Below, in pieces: positions 1 through 8,767 of a DNA stretch of 64,000 nucleotides. The translations under genes were made by a program, and so were the position numbers. The DNA is from Clostridia bacterium (GTDB taxonomy: Bacteria; Bacillota; Clostridia; Saccharofermentanales; UBA5734), in contig JAXGXQ010000007.1 in assembly GCA_040772685.1 (NCBI GenBank), positions 18,490-82,489 of the forward strand. The letters run 5' to 3'. The notes beneath the pieces are model-generated. The model did not search any database and was not told where the DNA came from. It worked only from the letters and a program-made list of their open reading frames with translations. Positions within the stretch are counted from its first letter, which is position 1, and each line of letters opens with the position of its first letter.

Positions 1-114
1 AGCAACCGTGAGACCGCGATATTCTGTGAAGACAATGGCTTTGGCTTCTTTGAAATCTTCAGCCAAATCCGCGACGATTTGCTTCTTTTCCTGAAGAATC
101 TTATTGCTGGGCAT
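1..114 (-). CDS. rplJ: 50S ribosomal protein L10, first 38 codons only (gene runs off the window start)
   Basis: Absent from the ORF track because it is truncated. The reverse complement of 1-114 reads ATG CCC AGC AAT AAG ... = MPSNKILQEKKQIVADLAEDFKEAKAIVFTEYRGLTVA, a typical L10 N-terminus (YRGLTV). AAGGAGG lies at 124-130. The gene follows rplK-rplA as in the conserved cluster. Confidence 0.85.
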   Translation of the reverse strand, partial: MPSNKILQEKKQIVADLAEDFKEAKAIVFTEYRGLTVA

Positions 115-390
115 TTGTTGCTACCTCCTTGTTCAGAATTTATCAATAAAATACCCCTCGTGCCGATAGACGCGAGGGGTACAGTTCCTTTTCGGGGCCG
201 ACTTCAGCAAAGCTGCGTGGCAGAAATGGATCCATGACCTCGGCAGGACGGCTGACGTTTACGCCACGTGGGCTCCTGCTGTCTTAGGGCACTTGGTATA
301 TCCTATTTAGTTTTCAGCCGCTCTCTGCTGGCAGCCGGTAATTCAGATCCGGTAAGCCGTGAGACGCAGCCTGGTTCATTGTATGCTGCC
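115..390 (-). promoter_or_regulatory. rplA-rplJ intercistronic leader (L10 autoregulatory leader candidate) with a terminator-like attenuator hairpin at 145-181
   Basis: A 276-nt non-coding gap lies between the rplA stop and the rplJ start. The minus-strand RNA has a perfect 9-bp stem UACCCCUCG(11-nt loop)CGAGGGGUA (181-152) followed by UUUUAUU (151-145), about 15 nt before the rplJ SD. Firmicute L10 leaders are known to act by transcription attenuation. Confidence 0.5.
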
Positions 391-1083
391 TTACATCAGG
401 CGGGCAGGGTTAATTTTGATTCCAGGACCCATAGTCGAGGAAATTGTGACACTGCGCAGGTAATGTCCCTTAGCAGCTGCGGGTTTTGCTTTGATAACAG
501 CATCCATTAAGGTGCGGAAGTTTTCTTCCAGCTTTTCCTGACCAAAAGAAACTTTACCAATCGGACAATGGATAATATTGGTTTTGTCGAGTCGGTATTC
601 GATTTTACCGGCTTTGATTTCGGTGATAGCTTTCTCAACTTCCATGGTGACCGTACCGGATTTCGGGTTCGGCATGAGGCCCTTAGGACCTAGTACCTTA
701 CCGAGTTTACCAACTGTACCCATCATGTCTGGTGTTGCGACAACTACGTCATAATCAAACCAGTTTTCCGTACGAATTTTCTCGACCATATCGTCAGCGC
801 CTACAAAGTCAGCGCCGGCTGCCAGGGCTTCTTCAGCTTTGGGCCCTTTGGCGAACACCAGAACGCGTTTACTGCGGCCGGTACCATGGGGCAGAACGAC
901 GGCACCACGTACCTGTTGATCAGCGTGACGTGAATCGACACCCAGGCGGATATGAAGTTCTATTGTTTCGTCGAATTTGGCTGTCGCTGTCTTTTGAACA
1001 AGCTCAATCGCTTCGGCGGTATCGTAAGATGACTCGCGCTCCAGCAATGCTACAGCTGTATTATATCTTTTGCCTCTTTTCAT
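391..1083 (-). CDS. rplA: 50S ribosomal protein L1
   Basis: 230 aa: [50 protein letters not shown]... is a full-length L1 pattern. Sits between rplK and rplJ. Confidence 0.97.
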   Translation of the reverse strand: MKRGKRYNTAVALLERESSYDTAEAIELVQKTATAKFDETIELHIRLGVDSRHADQQVRGAVVLPHGTGRSKRVLVFAKGPKAEEALAAGADFVGADDMVEKIRTENWFDYDVVVATPDMMGTVGKLGKVLGPKGLMPNPKSGTVTMEVEKAITEIKAGKIEYRLDKTNIIHCPIGKVSFGQEKLEENFRTLMDAVIKAKPAAAKGHYLRSVTISSTMGPGIKINPARLM

Positions 1084-1102
1084 TCAGCTCACTCCTTCCC
1101 GC

Positions 1103-1531
1103 TTAGTCATCTACGACGACGATGCCCATGCTGCGGGCTGTTCCGGCGACCATACGGGCGCAGGATTCGAGGTCTGAAGCGTTGGTGTCGACCATCTTGA
1201 TCTGAGCGATTTTCATCACTTCAGATTTAGGAATTTTCGCCACCTTGTCGCGGTTAGGCACACCTGAACCGTTTTCGATGTTGCATGCTTTCTTCAGCAA
1301 AACCGGAACCGGAGGAGTTTTAGTAATGAAAGTAAAGGATCTGTCCGCGAAGATTGTGATTACGACCGGAATAATCAGGCCGACATCCTTGGCGGTTCTT
1401 TCATTAAATTCCTTGACGAACATAGCGATATTGACACCATGCTGACCAAGGGCTGGTCCTACCGGCGGCGCTGGAGTGGCTTTGCCCGCAGGTATCTGCA
1501 ATTTGATATAACCTGTGACTTTTTTAGCCAT
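1103..1531 (-). CDS. rplK: 50S ribosomal protein L11
   Basis: 142 aa: [38 protein letters not shown]-like N-terminus, the canonical L11 signature. Confidence 0.97.
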   Translation of the reverse strand: MAKKVTGYIKLQIPAGKATPAPPVGPALGQHGVNIAMFVKEFNERTAKDVGLIIPVVITIFADRSFTFITKTPPVPVLLKKACNIENGSGVPNRDKVAKIPKSEVMKIAQIKMVDTNASDLESCARMVAGTARSMGIVVVDD

Positions 1532-1607
1532 TTACGTCCACCTCCCATTTTTCTTGGTTTTTATTTATTATCAGCGCCTGAGCGCATATAACCGTTCGTT
1601 TTTGTAC

Positions 1608-2144
1608 TTAAAGCCGCATTATCTGATGCAGTTCGAGTTCGACTGGTGTTTCACGGCCAAACATCGATACCAGAACGCGTACTTTTTTCTTTTCGAGGTT
1701 AATCTCTTCCACTGTGCCAATAAAGCTTTCCAGCGGACCATTGATAACCTTGATTGAATCACCGACCCCGTAGTCGACAACCGGCTCCCAGGCGGATTCA
1801 AGGCCCATGAGCATGAGTTCTTCTTCCGTCAGCGGGGTGGGTTTGGAACTTGAAGGCCCGACAAAGCCAGTTACACCGCGGGTATTTCGGACGATGTACC
1901 AGATTTCGTCAGTAAGTACCATTTTCACCAGAACGTAACCGGGGTAGATCTTACGCTGAATGGTCTTTTTCTTACCATCCTTAATTTCAATCTGCTCCTC
2001 CATCGGCACTGAGACTTCCTGAATGAAATCCTGAATGCCGCGGTTTTCTACGATCCGCTCCAGGGTCGCTTTTACCTTGTTTTCGTACCCCGAGTAGGTA
2101 TGTACTACATACCACTTGGCTTCATTGGCACTTTCTTCAACCAT
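1608..2144 (-). CDS. nusG: Transcription termination/antitermination factor NusG
   Basis: 178 aa. NGN domain (KWYVVHTYSGYENKV) plus C-terminal KOW (GDSIKVINGPLESFIGTVEEI). secE-nusG-rplK synteny. Confidence 0.96.
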   Translation of the reverse strand: MVEESANEAKWYVVHTYSGYENKVKATLERIVENRGIQDFIQEVSVPMEEQIEIKDGKKKTIQRKIYPGYVLVKMVLTDEIWYIVRNTRGVTGFVGPSSSKPTPLTEEELMLMGLESAWEPVVDYGVGDSIKVINGPLESFIGTVEEINLEKKKVRVLVSMFGRETPVELELHQIMRL

Positions 2145-2189
2145 TAAAAATTAACTCCTTCAGTTCGGACGGTCGCGGCAAACCTGCTA

Positions 2190-2573
2190 TCAGCCGGATG
2201 TTGCCGCAGTGGTCGCGGCCGAAGCTGTTGTTTCGGCAGTGGTAGTCGGAACTGTTGTCCCCTCTGTTGTGGCAACAGTTGTTGAAACTGTGGTTGGCGT
2301 GGTGACATCATAGAAGCCGACTCCTTCCAGAATCGCTCCCAACAGGGAGTCAAGCACAAACAGTAGAATACCAGCGGTGAGCGCAATTGCGATTACCGTC
2401 ATTGTGCTTTGGATGAGCTTCTTGCGGTCAGGCCAAACAACCCGCTTCAGTTCTGCTTTTAAATTGGAAAAGAACAAAGACAGGCGCTTGCCGATGCTCG
2501 GCTTGCCCTTTTTGTCTTTTTCAGACACTTTGACTTTTTTATCGGGTTTTACGTTGTCAGCCATGCTTAGCAC
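2190..2573 (-). CDS. secE: Preprotein translocase subunit SecE with an unusual Thr-rich C-terminal extension
   Basis: 127 aa. Lys-rich N-terminus, SecE core (FFSNLKAELKRVVWPDRKKLIQSTMTVIAIALTAGILLFVLD), then a tail of about 40 aa (TTPTTVSTTVATTEGTTVPTTTAETTASAATTAATSG). Lies between rpmG and nusG. Confidence 0.9.
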   Translation of the reverse strand: MLSMADNVKPDKKVKVSEKDKKGKPSIGKRLSLFFSNLKAELKRVVWPDRKKLIQSTMTVIAIALTAGILLFVLDSLLGAILEGVGFYDVTTPTTVSTTVATTEGTTVPTTTAETTASAATTAATSG

Positions 2574-2597
2574 TTCCTCATTTCACGCAAGCTAATA

Positions 2598-2762
2598 TTA
2601 CTTGGTTTCCTTGTGGGTTGTATGCTTGCGGCAGAAACGGCAATACTTTGACATTTCGAGTCTGTCCGGATCGTTCTTTTTGTTTTTCATCGTGTCGTAA
2701 TTACGCTGTTTGCAATCAGAGCAGGCAAGCGTTATTTTGTCACGGGCACCTGGTTTTGCCAT
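2598..2762 (-). CDS. rpmG: 50S ribosomal protein L33
   Basis: The track ORF is 67 aa. The likely true start is the ATG at 2762 ([54 protein letters not shown], 54 aa), with GGAGGTG at 2771-2777. Zn-ribbon CxxC...CxxC L33 pattern. Confidence 0.93.
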   Translation of the reverse strand: MAKPGARDKITLACSDCKQRNYDTMKNKKNDPDRLEMSKYCRFCRKHTTHKETK

Positions 2763-2852
2763 GGTATATACACCTCCGCATGTGTGGGTAAACAGATTCA
2801 CTGTCCGGAATTCTTCCCATAAAAAAAAGAGCTTCTGCGGACAAGCAAACGA

Positions 2853-2881
2853 ATTCTATCACAGGACATGTTGATTGTCAA
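2853..2881 (-). promoter_or_regulatory. Sigma-A type promoter for rpmG-secE-nusG (TTGACA-17-TAGAAT with TGn extended -10)
   Basis: Minus strand reads TTGACA (2881-2876), a 17-nt spacer ATCAACATGTCCTGTGA, then TAGAAT (2858-2853). The TG sits at the extended -10 position. The -35 overlaps the PFOR stop codon. Confidence 0.6.
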
Positions 2882-5800
2882 ATGTCCTTAGGCCGTTCCT
2901 TGCTGAGATTCTGGTAGAGTTCCAGGCGTTCCCGGGCATCCATCTCAGCCTTAGCGTAGAGGGATTGGGCTTTCTCCGGAAAGCCAATTTCGAGGGCGGC
3001 ATAGCGGTTCTCACCCTGGAGGAATCTTTGGAAATCTGCGGTAGGGGTTTTAGAATCGAGTATAAAGGGATTTCGGCCTTCCTCTTTAAGTGTTGGATTG
3101 TAGCGGTATAAATGCCAATAACCAGCCTCAACAGCTTTTTTCTGCTCTTCCTGACTTCTGCCCATGCCGGCTTTCAAGCCATGTTCAATACAAGGACAAT
3201 AGCAAATTATCAGTGAAGGACCGGCATAGGCCTCTGCCTCTCTGATAGCTTTCAGAGTCTGTGCCGGGTCGGCGCCCATGGCAACCTGAGCAACATAAAC
3301 ATAGCCGTAGCTCATGGCCATCAGACCAAGATCTTTCTTTTTTGTCTCCTTACCGCCGGCTGCAAATTTGGCAATCGCTCCAGCCGAAGTTGCTTTGGAG
3401 GATTGCCCGCCCGTATTAGAGTACACCTCGGTGTCCAGAACCAGAACATTAATGTCCCGACCGGAAGCAAGCACATGGTCTACTCCGCCGAAGCCAATGT
3501 CATAAGCCCAGCCGTCACCGCCGAAAGCCCAAACGCTTTTTTTAGTTAAAAATTCTTTGTTCTGGCGAATAAATTCAGCCTCTTCACTAGTTTCGCCGGT
3601 CAGAGCCGCTAACAGAGCTTCGCTGGCAACACGCGATTTTTCAGCATCTTCTCCGCTTGCCAAATATGAGAGGCAGGCTTCCCTGGCTGTGCCCTGTTCA
3701 CTCAGCAACTGTACTTTTTGTGCAAGCTGGCTCCTGATGGCATCGTGTCCAAGCAGAAATCCATAAGCATATTCGGCATTGTCCTCAAAAAGCGACATCG
3801 CCCAGGCAGGACCAAAACCTTGCTTGTCGGTGCAATAGGGCGAAGAAGGTGTGGAACCACCATAAGCTGAAGAACAGCCGGAAGCGTTGGCAATATATAG
3901 CCTGTTGCCAAACAGCTGGGTCACCAGCTTTATGTAGGGTGTTTCCCCACAACCGGCACAAGCGCCGGAAAACTCGAAATATGGTTTAGCAAACTGCGAA
4001 TTTTTAATTGTCTTGGCATTTACAGCATCTTGCTTAACCTTAACTTCGTCAACAGCGTAATTCCAGTTAGAGGTTTCTCCCAGCTGGCTTTCAAGCTTGT
4101 CCATTACCAGTGCCTTTTCTTTGGCGAGACAGGCATTAACACAGCTGCCACAGCCTGTGCAGTCGAGAGGCGAAACTTGAATCCGGTAATGGTAATTTTC
4201 GAGATTCTTACCGATAGCCTTTTTGGTTGCAAAACTTGCGGGAGCAGTGTTCAGTTCTGCTTCATCCAGCAGAAGCGGACGGATAGCAGCATGCGGGCAC
4301 ACCAGTGAACACTGATTGCACTGAATACAGGTTGCCTGCTGCCATACAGGCACATTTACCGCTGTGCCGCGTTTTTCGAACCTGGTGGTGCCTGCAGGCC
4401 AGGTGCCGTCCTCCAGGCCGTATTTTTTCATTACGGAAACAGGCAGCAAGTCGCCAGTCTGGCGGTTCATAGGCACAACCACTTCCTGAATAAATGGCGG
4501 CAGATTGAGCTCTAAGGGAGCATCTTCAGCGGTTAACCACGACTCCGGAACGTCAACTTTCCGGAGTTCACTGATGCCATACTTTATTGAGGCAATGTTC
4601 ATATCAACTATTGCCTGGCCCTTCTTTGAATAGGTGCTGGAGATAGCGTCTGCCATTTCTTGTATAGCCTGATCGAGTGGAATTATCTCAGTCAGTTTGA
4701 AGAAAGCGGCTTGCAGAATCGTATTGGTACGATTGTTAAGGCCAAGTTTGAGGGCAATTTCAGTTGCGTTGATCGTATAGAAATTAATGTTTTTAGCGGC
4801 AAATGCACGTTTCATAGAAGCCGGCAGGTGCTTTTCCAGTTCTGTCTTGTTCCAGGCACAGTTCAGCAGGAAGGTTCCGCCCTCCTTCAGATCATTCAAC
4901 ATATCGTACTTATTAACATAGGTAGAATTCTGGCACGAAACAAAGTCAGCTGAGCGCACGAGGTAAGGTGACCGGATCGGCTCCTTGCCAAAGCGCAGAT
5001 GTGATTGGGTCAGCCCGCCGGCTTTTTTGGAATCATAAACAAAGTAGGCTTGGCAGTACAAATCGGTCGTGTTGCCAATTATCTTGATCGAGTTTTTGTT
5101 GGCGCCAACAGTACCGTCAGAACCGAGGCCCCAAAAGATAATGTTTTTTTGCCCGGGCGGGGAAAGATCAATTTCTTTCAAGGCAGGGAGGGAGGTTAAT
5201 GTCACATCGTCAACGATGCCAATCGTGAAGTTGTTTTTGGCTGACGGCTGCTGCAGGTTGGTAAAAACAGCCTGAATCTGAGCAGGTGTTGTGTCTTTGG
5301 AGCTCAAGCCATAGCGTCCGCCCACGACGTCAATTGGCAGATTATTTTGCTTGCAGACCGTGCATATATCCTGATATAGGGGCTCGCCTACAGCTCCGGT
5401 TTCTTTTGTGCGATCCAGCACGGCGATACGCTTGGTTGTGCTTGGCAGGCTGGCAAGGAAATGCTCGACAGAGAACGGTCTGTATAGATGAACGTTAACC
5501 ATTCCGGTTTTACCACCCCGCGCATTCAGGTAGTCAACCACTTCTTTTGTAGTTTCAGCTGCGGAACCCATCAATACAACTACATGCTCGGCGTCAGCTG
5601 CGCCATAGTAGTCAAACAGGTTGTACTTCCGGCCGGTCAGCTGGCCAATCGCCTGCATGTAATATTGAGCAGCAGTAGGGATTTCGGCGATTTTGTCGTT
5701 ACTGGCTTCGCGGCACTGGAAAAAGATGTCAGGATTTACGGTGGTGCCGCGGGTTGATGGGTGGCAAGGATTCAGGGAATTGCTCCGGAAATCGCGCAAC

Positions 5801-6396
5801 GACTCGTAATTCACCAGCGGAGCAAGATCTTCGTATGTCAGGGTTTCAATTTTCTGGATTTCATGTGAAGTCCGAAAACCGTCGAAAAAGTGCAAAAATG
5901 GAAAGCGGCAATGAATGGCAGCAAGATGTGCGACAGCAGCCAAATCCATTACTTCCTGAGGTGAAGAGGACGCCAGCAAAGCGAAACCTGTGCTGCGTAC
6001 ACCCATAACATCAGAATGATCGCCGAAAATTGATAGCGCATGAGCAGAAAGGGTGCGGGCGCTGACATGAAAAACTCCGGGCAGCATCTCACCGGCGATT
6101 TTGTACATGTTCGGAATCATTAACAAAAGGCCTTGCGATGCAGTGTAAGTAGTTGTCAGCGCTCCAGATTGCAGAGAACCATGAACCGTGCCAGCGGCAC
6201 CGCCTTCGGACTGCATCTCTACCACCCGCACCGGTTGTCCGAAAATATTCAGCTTACCGTTTGCTGACCATTCATCAACATATTCTGCCATAGGAGATGA
6301 TGGCGTTATGGGGAAAATACCCGCGACCTCAGTGAAGGCATATGATACATAAGCAGCCGCCTGATTACCGTCCATTAACTCCGTTCTTTTACTCAA
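2878..6396 (-). CDS. nifJ: Pyruvate:ferredoxin (flavodoxin) oxidoreductase, single-polypeptide type
   Basis: 1172 aa. N-terminus MDGNQAAAYVSYAFTEVAGIFPITPSS, two 4Fe-4S ferredoxin motifs (CIQCNQCSLVCPHAAIRP; CTGCGSCVNACLAKE), and a TPP-binding GGDGWAYDIGFGG motif. TTG start with GGAGAG SD. Confidence 0.96.
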   Translation of the reverse strand: MSKRTELMDGNQAAAYVSYAFTEVAGIFPITPSSPMAEYVDEWSANGKLNIFGQPVRVVEMQSEGGAAGTVHGSLQSGALTTTYTASQGLLLMIPNMYKIAGEMLPGVFHVSARTLSAHALSIFGDHSDVMGVRSTGFALLASSSPQEVMDLAAVAHLAAIHCRFPFLHFFDGFRTSHEIQKIETLTYEDLAPLVNYESLRDFRSNSLNPCHPSTRGTTVNPDIFFQCREASNDKIAEIPTAAQYYMQAIGQLTGRKYNLFDYYGAADAEHVVVLMGSAAETTKEVVDYLNARGGKTGMVNVHLYRPFSVEHFLASLPSTTKRIAVLDRTKETGAVGEPLYQDICTVCKQNNLPIDVVGGRYGLSSKDTTPAQIQAVFTNLQQPSAKNNFTIGIVDDVTLTSLPALKEIDLSPPGQKNIIFWGLGSDGTVGANKNSIKIIGNTTDLYCQAYFVYDSKKAGGLTQSHLRFGKEPIRSPYLVRSADFVSCQNSTYVNKYDMLNDLKEGGTFLLNCAWNKTELEKHLPASMKRAFAAKNINFYTINATEIALKLGLNNRTNTILQAAFFKLTEIIPLDQAIQEMADAISSTYSKKGQAIVDMNIASIKYGISELRKVDVPESWLTAEDAPLELNLPPFIQEVVVPMNRQTGDLLPVSVMKKYGLEDGTWPAGTTRFEKRGTAVNVPVWQQATCIQCNQCSLVCPHAAIRPLLLDEAELNTAPASFATKKAIGKNLENYHYRIQVSPLDCTGCGSCVNACLAKEKALVMDKLESQLGETSNWNYAVDEVKVKQDAVNAKTIKNSQFAKPYFEFSGACAGCGETPYIKLVTQLFGNRLYIANASGCSSAYGGSTPSSPYCTDKQGFGPAWAMSLFEDNAEYAYGFLLGHDAIRSQLAQKVQLLSEQGTAREACLSYLASGEDAEKSRVASEALLAALTGETSEEAEFIRQNKEFLTKKSVWAFGGDGWAYDIGFGGVDHVLASGRDINVLVLDTEVYSNTGGQSSKATSAGAIAKFAAGGKETKKKDLGLMAMSYGYVYVAQVAMGADPAQTLKAIREAEAYAGPSLIICYCPCIEHGLKAGMGRSQEEQKKAVEAGYWHLYRYNPTLKEEGRNPFILDSKTPTADFQRFLQGENRYAALEIGFPEKAQSLYAKAEMDARERLELYQNLSKERPKDI

Positions 6397-6444
6397 TTTT
6401 CTCTCCTGTTCGTGTATCGTTCTGAACCTTGCCGCTTAAAGTTT

Positions 6445-6732
6445 TTAGCGTCGTTTCTTCAATTCAGCGTAAATATCTTCCAGCGAAACGCCTTGAGACA
6501 CCAGAAGAACAAGCAGATGATAAAACAAATCACTTGCTTCATACGTTATTTCTTCCTTACTGGTGTTTTTGGCTGCGATAATTACCTCTGCCGACTCTTC
6601 TCCGATTTTTTTGCAAATTTTATCGATTCCTTTATCAAACAAATAGTTGGTGTAAGAACCTTCGCGGGGATTAACGCGACGGTCAGTGATTACTTCATAT
6701 AATTCGTCAAGAATCAGGCCAATATTGCTCAT
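6445..6732 (-). CDS. hisE: Phosphoribosyl-ATP pyrophosphatase (stand-alone HisE)
   Basis: The best start is the ATG at 6732 (GGAGGAG SD at 6738-6744), giving 95 aa: MSNIGLILDELYEVITDRRVNPREGSYTNYLFDKGIDKICKKIGEESAEVIIAAKN..., a MazG-like HisE pattern. Confidence 0.9.
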   Translation of the reverse strand: MSNIGLILDELYEVITDRRVNPREGSYTNYLFDKGIDKICKKIGEESAEVIIAAKNTSKEEITYEASDLFYHLLVLLVSQGVSLEDIYAELKKRR

Positions 6733-6838
6733 TTTCTCCTCCTGGTACTGTTCAAATAATTTGTTTAACATTTTTCGTTAACTAAGTCAGTATTTAATAT
6801 TTCATTTAACAGGTACAGGTTTGACTGAATCTGCCTTT

Positions 6839-8020
6839 TTACAGTAACCCTGCGAGCGGCCGGAAGAAACAGCTGAAGGCCCCTGTATGGCAGGCTCCGC
6901 CCAGCTGGTCAACCCGATAAAGCAGTGTATCCTGGTCGCAATCTACCGCGATCTGGACAACCTTTTGAAAATGGCCGGATTGCTCGCCTTTCAGCCACAA
7001 ACGGGCTCGGCTGCGGCTATAGTAGTGCATCAAGCCGGTTTTCAGGGTGAGAACAAAGGCCTCTTCGTTCTGGTAAGCCTGCATCAGAACCCTGCTGTCT
7101 GTGTCGGACTGGAGAACAGCATTAACCAGACCATCATTATTCTTTTTCAATAACTGCCACAACTCTCCGGCGCGGGCCACTGGCGGCAGCAAGTGAGGTG
7201 AACGTTCTTTTTCGCGCTGTTGCAGCTCGGCTATACCGGACGCCAGTGTTTCCGGCAGGTTGTCAAGTATCACAGGTATATCGCGCAGTGCCAGATAAGC
7301 TTTTAGATTTGGGATGGCAACTTCGCCAAAATGGAACAAGCTCGCTGCTAAAACAGATTCAGCGCCTCCCAGGATAATGCCATCATAAAAATCAGCATAG
7401 CTGCCGGCACCACCGGAAGCCGTAACCGGAATGCTGACAGCATCAGCGACCTGCCGGGTTATATTCAAATCAAAGCCGTTTTTGGTACCGTCGCAATCCA
7501 TGCTTGTCAGCAGTATTTCGCCTGCGCCAAGTTCTTCAACCTGTTTTGCCCATTCCACTGGATTAAGACCTGTGGAACGGGTGCCACCGGCTGTTACTAC
7601 CTCATACTGCCCTTCCGGTTCAAGTTTGACATCGATTGCTACTACGATACGGCTGCTGCCGAAGTGTTCAGCAGCCTGGCGCACCAGCTCAGGATTTGCC
7701 ACTGCTGCTGAATTGAGCGACACTTTATCCGCTCCGGCTGCCAGTGTGGCTTCAATATCAGCGATCTTACGGATCCCGCCACCGATCGTGAAAGGAATTG
7801 TTGTGGCTGCGGCCACCTTCCGGGCTAAATCAAGCAGCGTGCTGCGTTCTTCCAGAGTAGCTGAGATGTCGAGGAAAACCAGTTCATCAGCCCCGGCAGC
7901 ACAGTATTCACGGGCTGCTTCAACTGGGTCGGCAGCGTCGCGGATATTTACAAAGTTAATACCCTTTACCACCCGTCCGTCTTTAATATCGAGACAAGGA
8001 ATTATTTTTTTTGCCAACAT
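6839..8020 (-). CDS. hisF: Fusion protein: imidazole glycerol phosphate synthase cyclase subunit HisF (aa 1 to ~255) plus phosphoribosyl-AMP cyclohydrolase HisI (aa ~285-393)
   Basis: N-terminus [36 protein letters not shown]... is HisF. C-terminus [75 protein letters not shown] is the HisI signature. One uninterrupted 393-codon ORF. Confidence 0.9.
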   Translation of the reverse strand: MLAKKIIPCLDIKDGRVVKGINFVNIRDAADPVEAAREYCAAGADELVFLDISATLEERSTLLDLARKVAAATTIPFTIGGGIRKIADIEATLAAGADKVSLNSAAVANPELVRQAAEHFGSSRIVVAIDVKLEPEGQYEVVTAGGTRSTGLNPVEWAKQVEELGAGEILLTSMDCDGTKNGFDLNITRQVADAVSIPVTASGGAGSYADFYDGIILGGAESVLAASLFHFGEVAIPNLKAYLALRDIPVILDNLPETLASGIAELQQREKERSPHLLPPVARAGELWQLLKKNNDGLVNAVLQSDTDSRVLMQAYQNEEAFVLTLKTGLMHYYSRSRARLWLKGEQSGHFQKVVQIAVDCDQDTLLYRVDQLGGACHTGAFSCFFRPLAGLL

Positions 8021-8733
8021 GTGTCGAGCCTCACTTTATTCTCATAAATAGCTTTGCCGACAATAATGCCGGCAGCGCCTGCGTCACGGGCCGCTTCAAT
8101 ATCAGCCATTGAAGCGACACCTCCCGAAGCAATGATGTCGAGCCCTGTTTCCTTAACCAGTCGCGCGACGTCGTTTACTGCTGTGCCTGTCATCATCCCG
8201 TCGCGGCTGATGTCAGTGTAGACAATTGTGCGTGCGCCTGCTGCTTTAACGCTGCAGGCAAGTTCCAGTACAGAAATTTCACTATCGTTGGTCCAGCCGT
8301 CAACGCTCACCATGCCGTTGCGGGCATCAAGCCCGATGACAATGCGCTCGGGTGCCAGTTTGATTGCTTCCAGCGTAAACTGTTGATCACGCACCGCTGA
8401 CGTGCCGATTACCAGCCTCCAGATGCCCGGAGTGGACAATAGTTGCTTGACAACAGCCATACTGCGAACCCCGCCGCCGGTTTGAACCAGCATGCCGCTT
8501 TGGCGGGCAATTTCGGCGATCAGGTTGTCGTGGCCACGTACACCATCGCGGGCTGCGTTTAAATCCACCACGTGCAAATGGCGGGCGCCGGCTTCCGCAA
8601 AGCGACAAGCCAGGGCAATCGGGTCACGGTCGTAAACTGTTACTTCATCGTAGCGGCCTTGACGCAGGCGCACAGCCTGGCCGTCTAGTAGATCTATCGC
8701 GGGAAAGATAATAAATTCAGTAGTATTGGGCAT
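8002..8733 (-). CDS. hisA: ProFAR isomerase HisA
   Basis: 243 aa: [27 protein letters not shown]...GGGVRS...[11 protein letters not shown], a (beta-alpha)8 HisA pattern. Overlaps the hisF/I start by 19 nt. Confidence 0.93.
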   Translation of the reverse strand: MPNTTEFIIFPAIDLLDGQAVRLRQGRYDEVTVYDRDPIALACRFAEAGARHLHVVDLNAARDGVRGHDNLIAEIARQSGMLVQTGGGVRSMAVVKQLLSTPGIWRLVIGTSAVRDQQFTLEAIKLAPERIVIGLDARNGMVSVDGWTNDSEISVLELACSVKAAGARTIVYTDISRDGMMTGTAVNDVARLVKETGLDIIASGGVASMADIEAARDAGAAGIIVGKAIYENKVRLDTCWQKK

Positions 8734-8767
8734 TTTAGCTCCTGTTTTTTGTCATATTGTTCAGGGA

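Noticed and set aside
268-510. 80-aa plus-strand ORF spanning the rplA-rplJ spacer and the rplA 3' end.
   Set aside because: It overlaps rplA and the structured L10 leader, has no SD, and its sequence has no family resemblance. The region is better explained as a regulatory RNA leader.
2144-2386. 80-aa minus-strand ORF overlapping the secE tail in another frame (Pro/Gln/Arg-rich).
   Set aside because: It is an alternative frame of the Thr-codon-rich (ACN) repeat region. No SD is present, and it overlaps both the secE 3' end and the nusG start.
7431-8051. 206-aa plus-strand ORF antisense to hisF/I. Similar long antisense ORFs lie at 37956-38579, 38929-39546, 60625-61302, 59308-59856, 57754-58299, 18156-18689, 27413-27940, 36380-36919, 41543-42082 and 10600-11085.
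   Set aside because: Each lies fully inside a strongly supported gene on the opposite strand. Their composition is low-complexity and Ser/Arg/Ala/Pro-rich, typical of shadow frames in moderately GC-rich DNA. They have no SD sequences or recognisable motifs.
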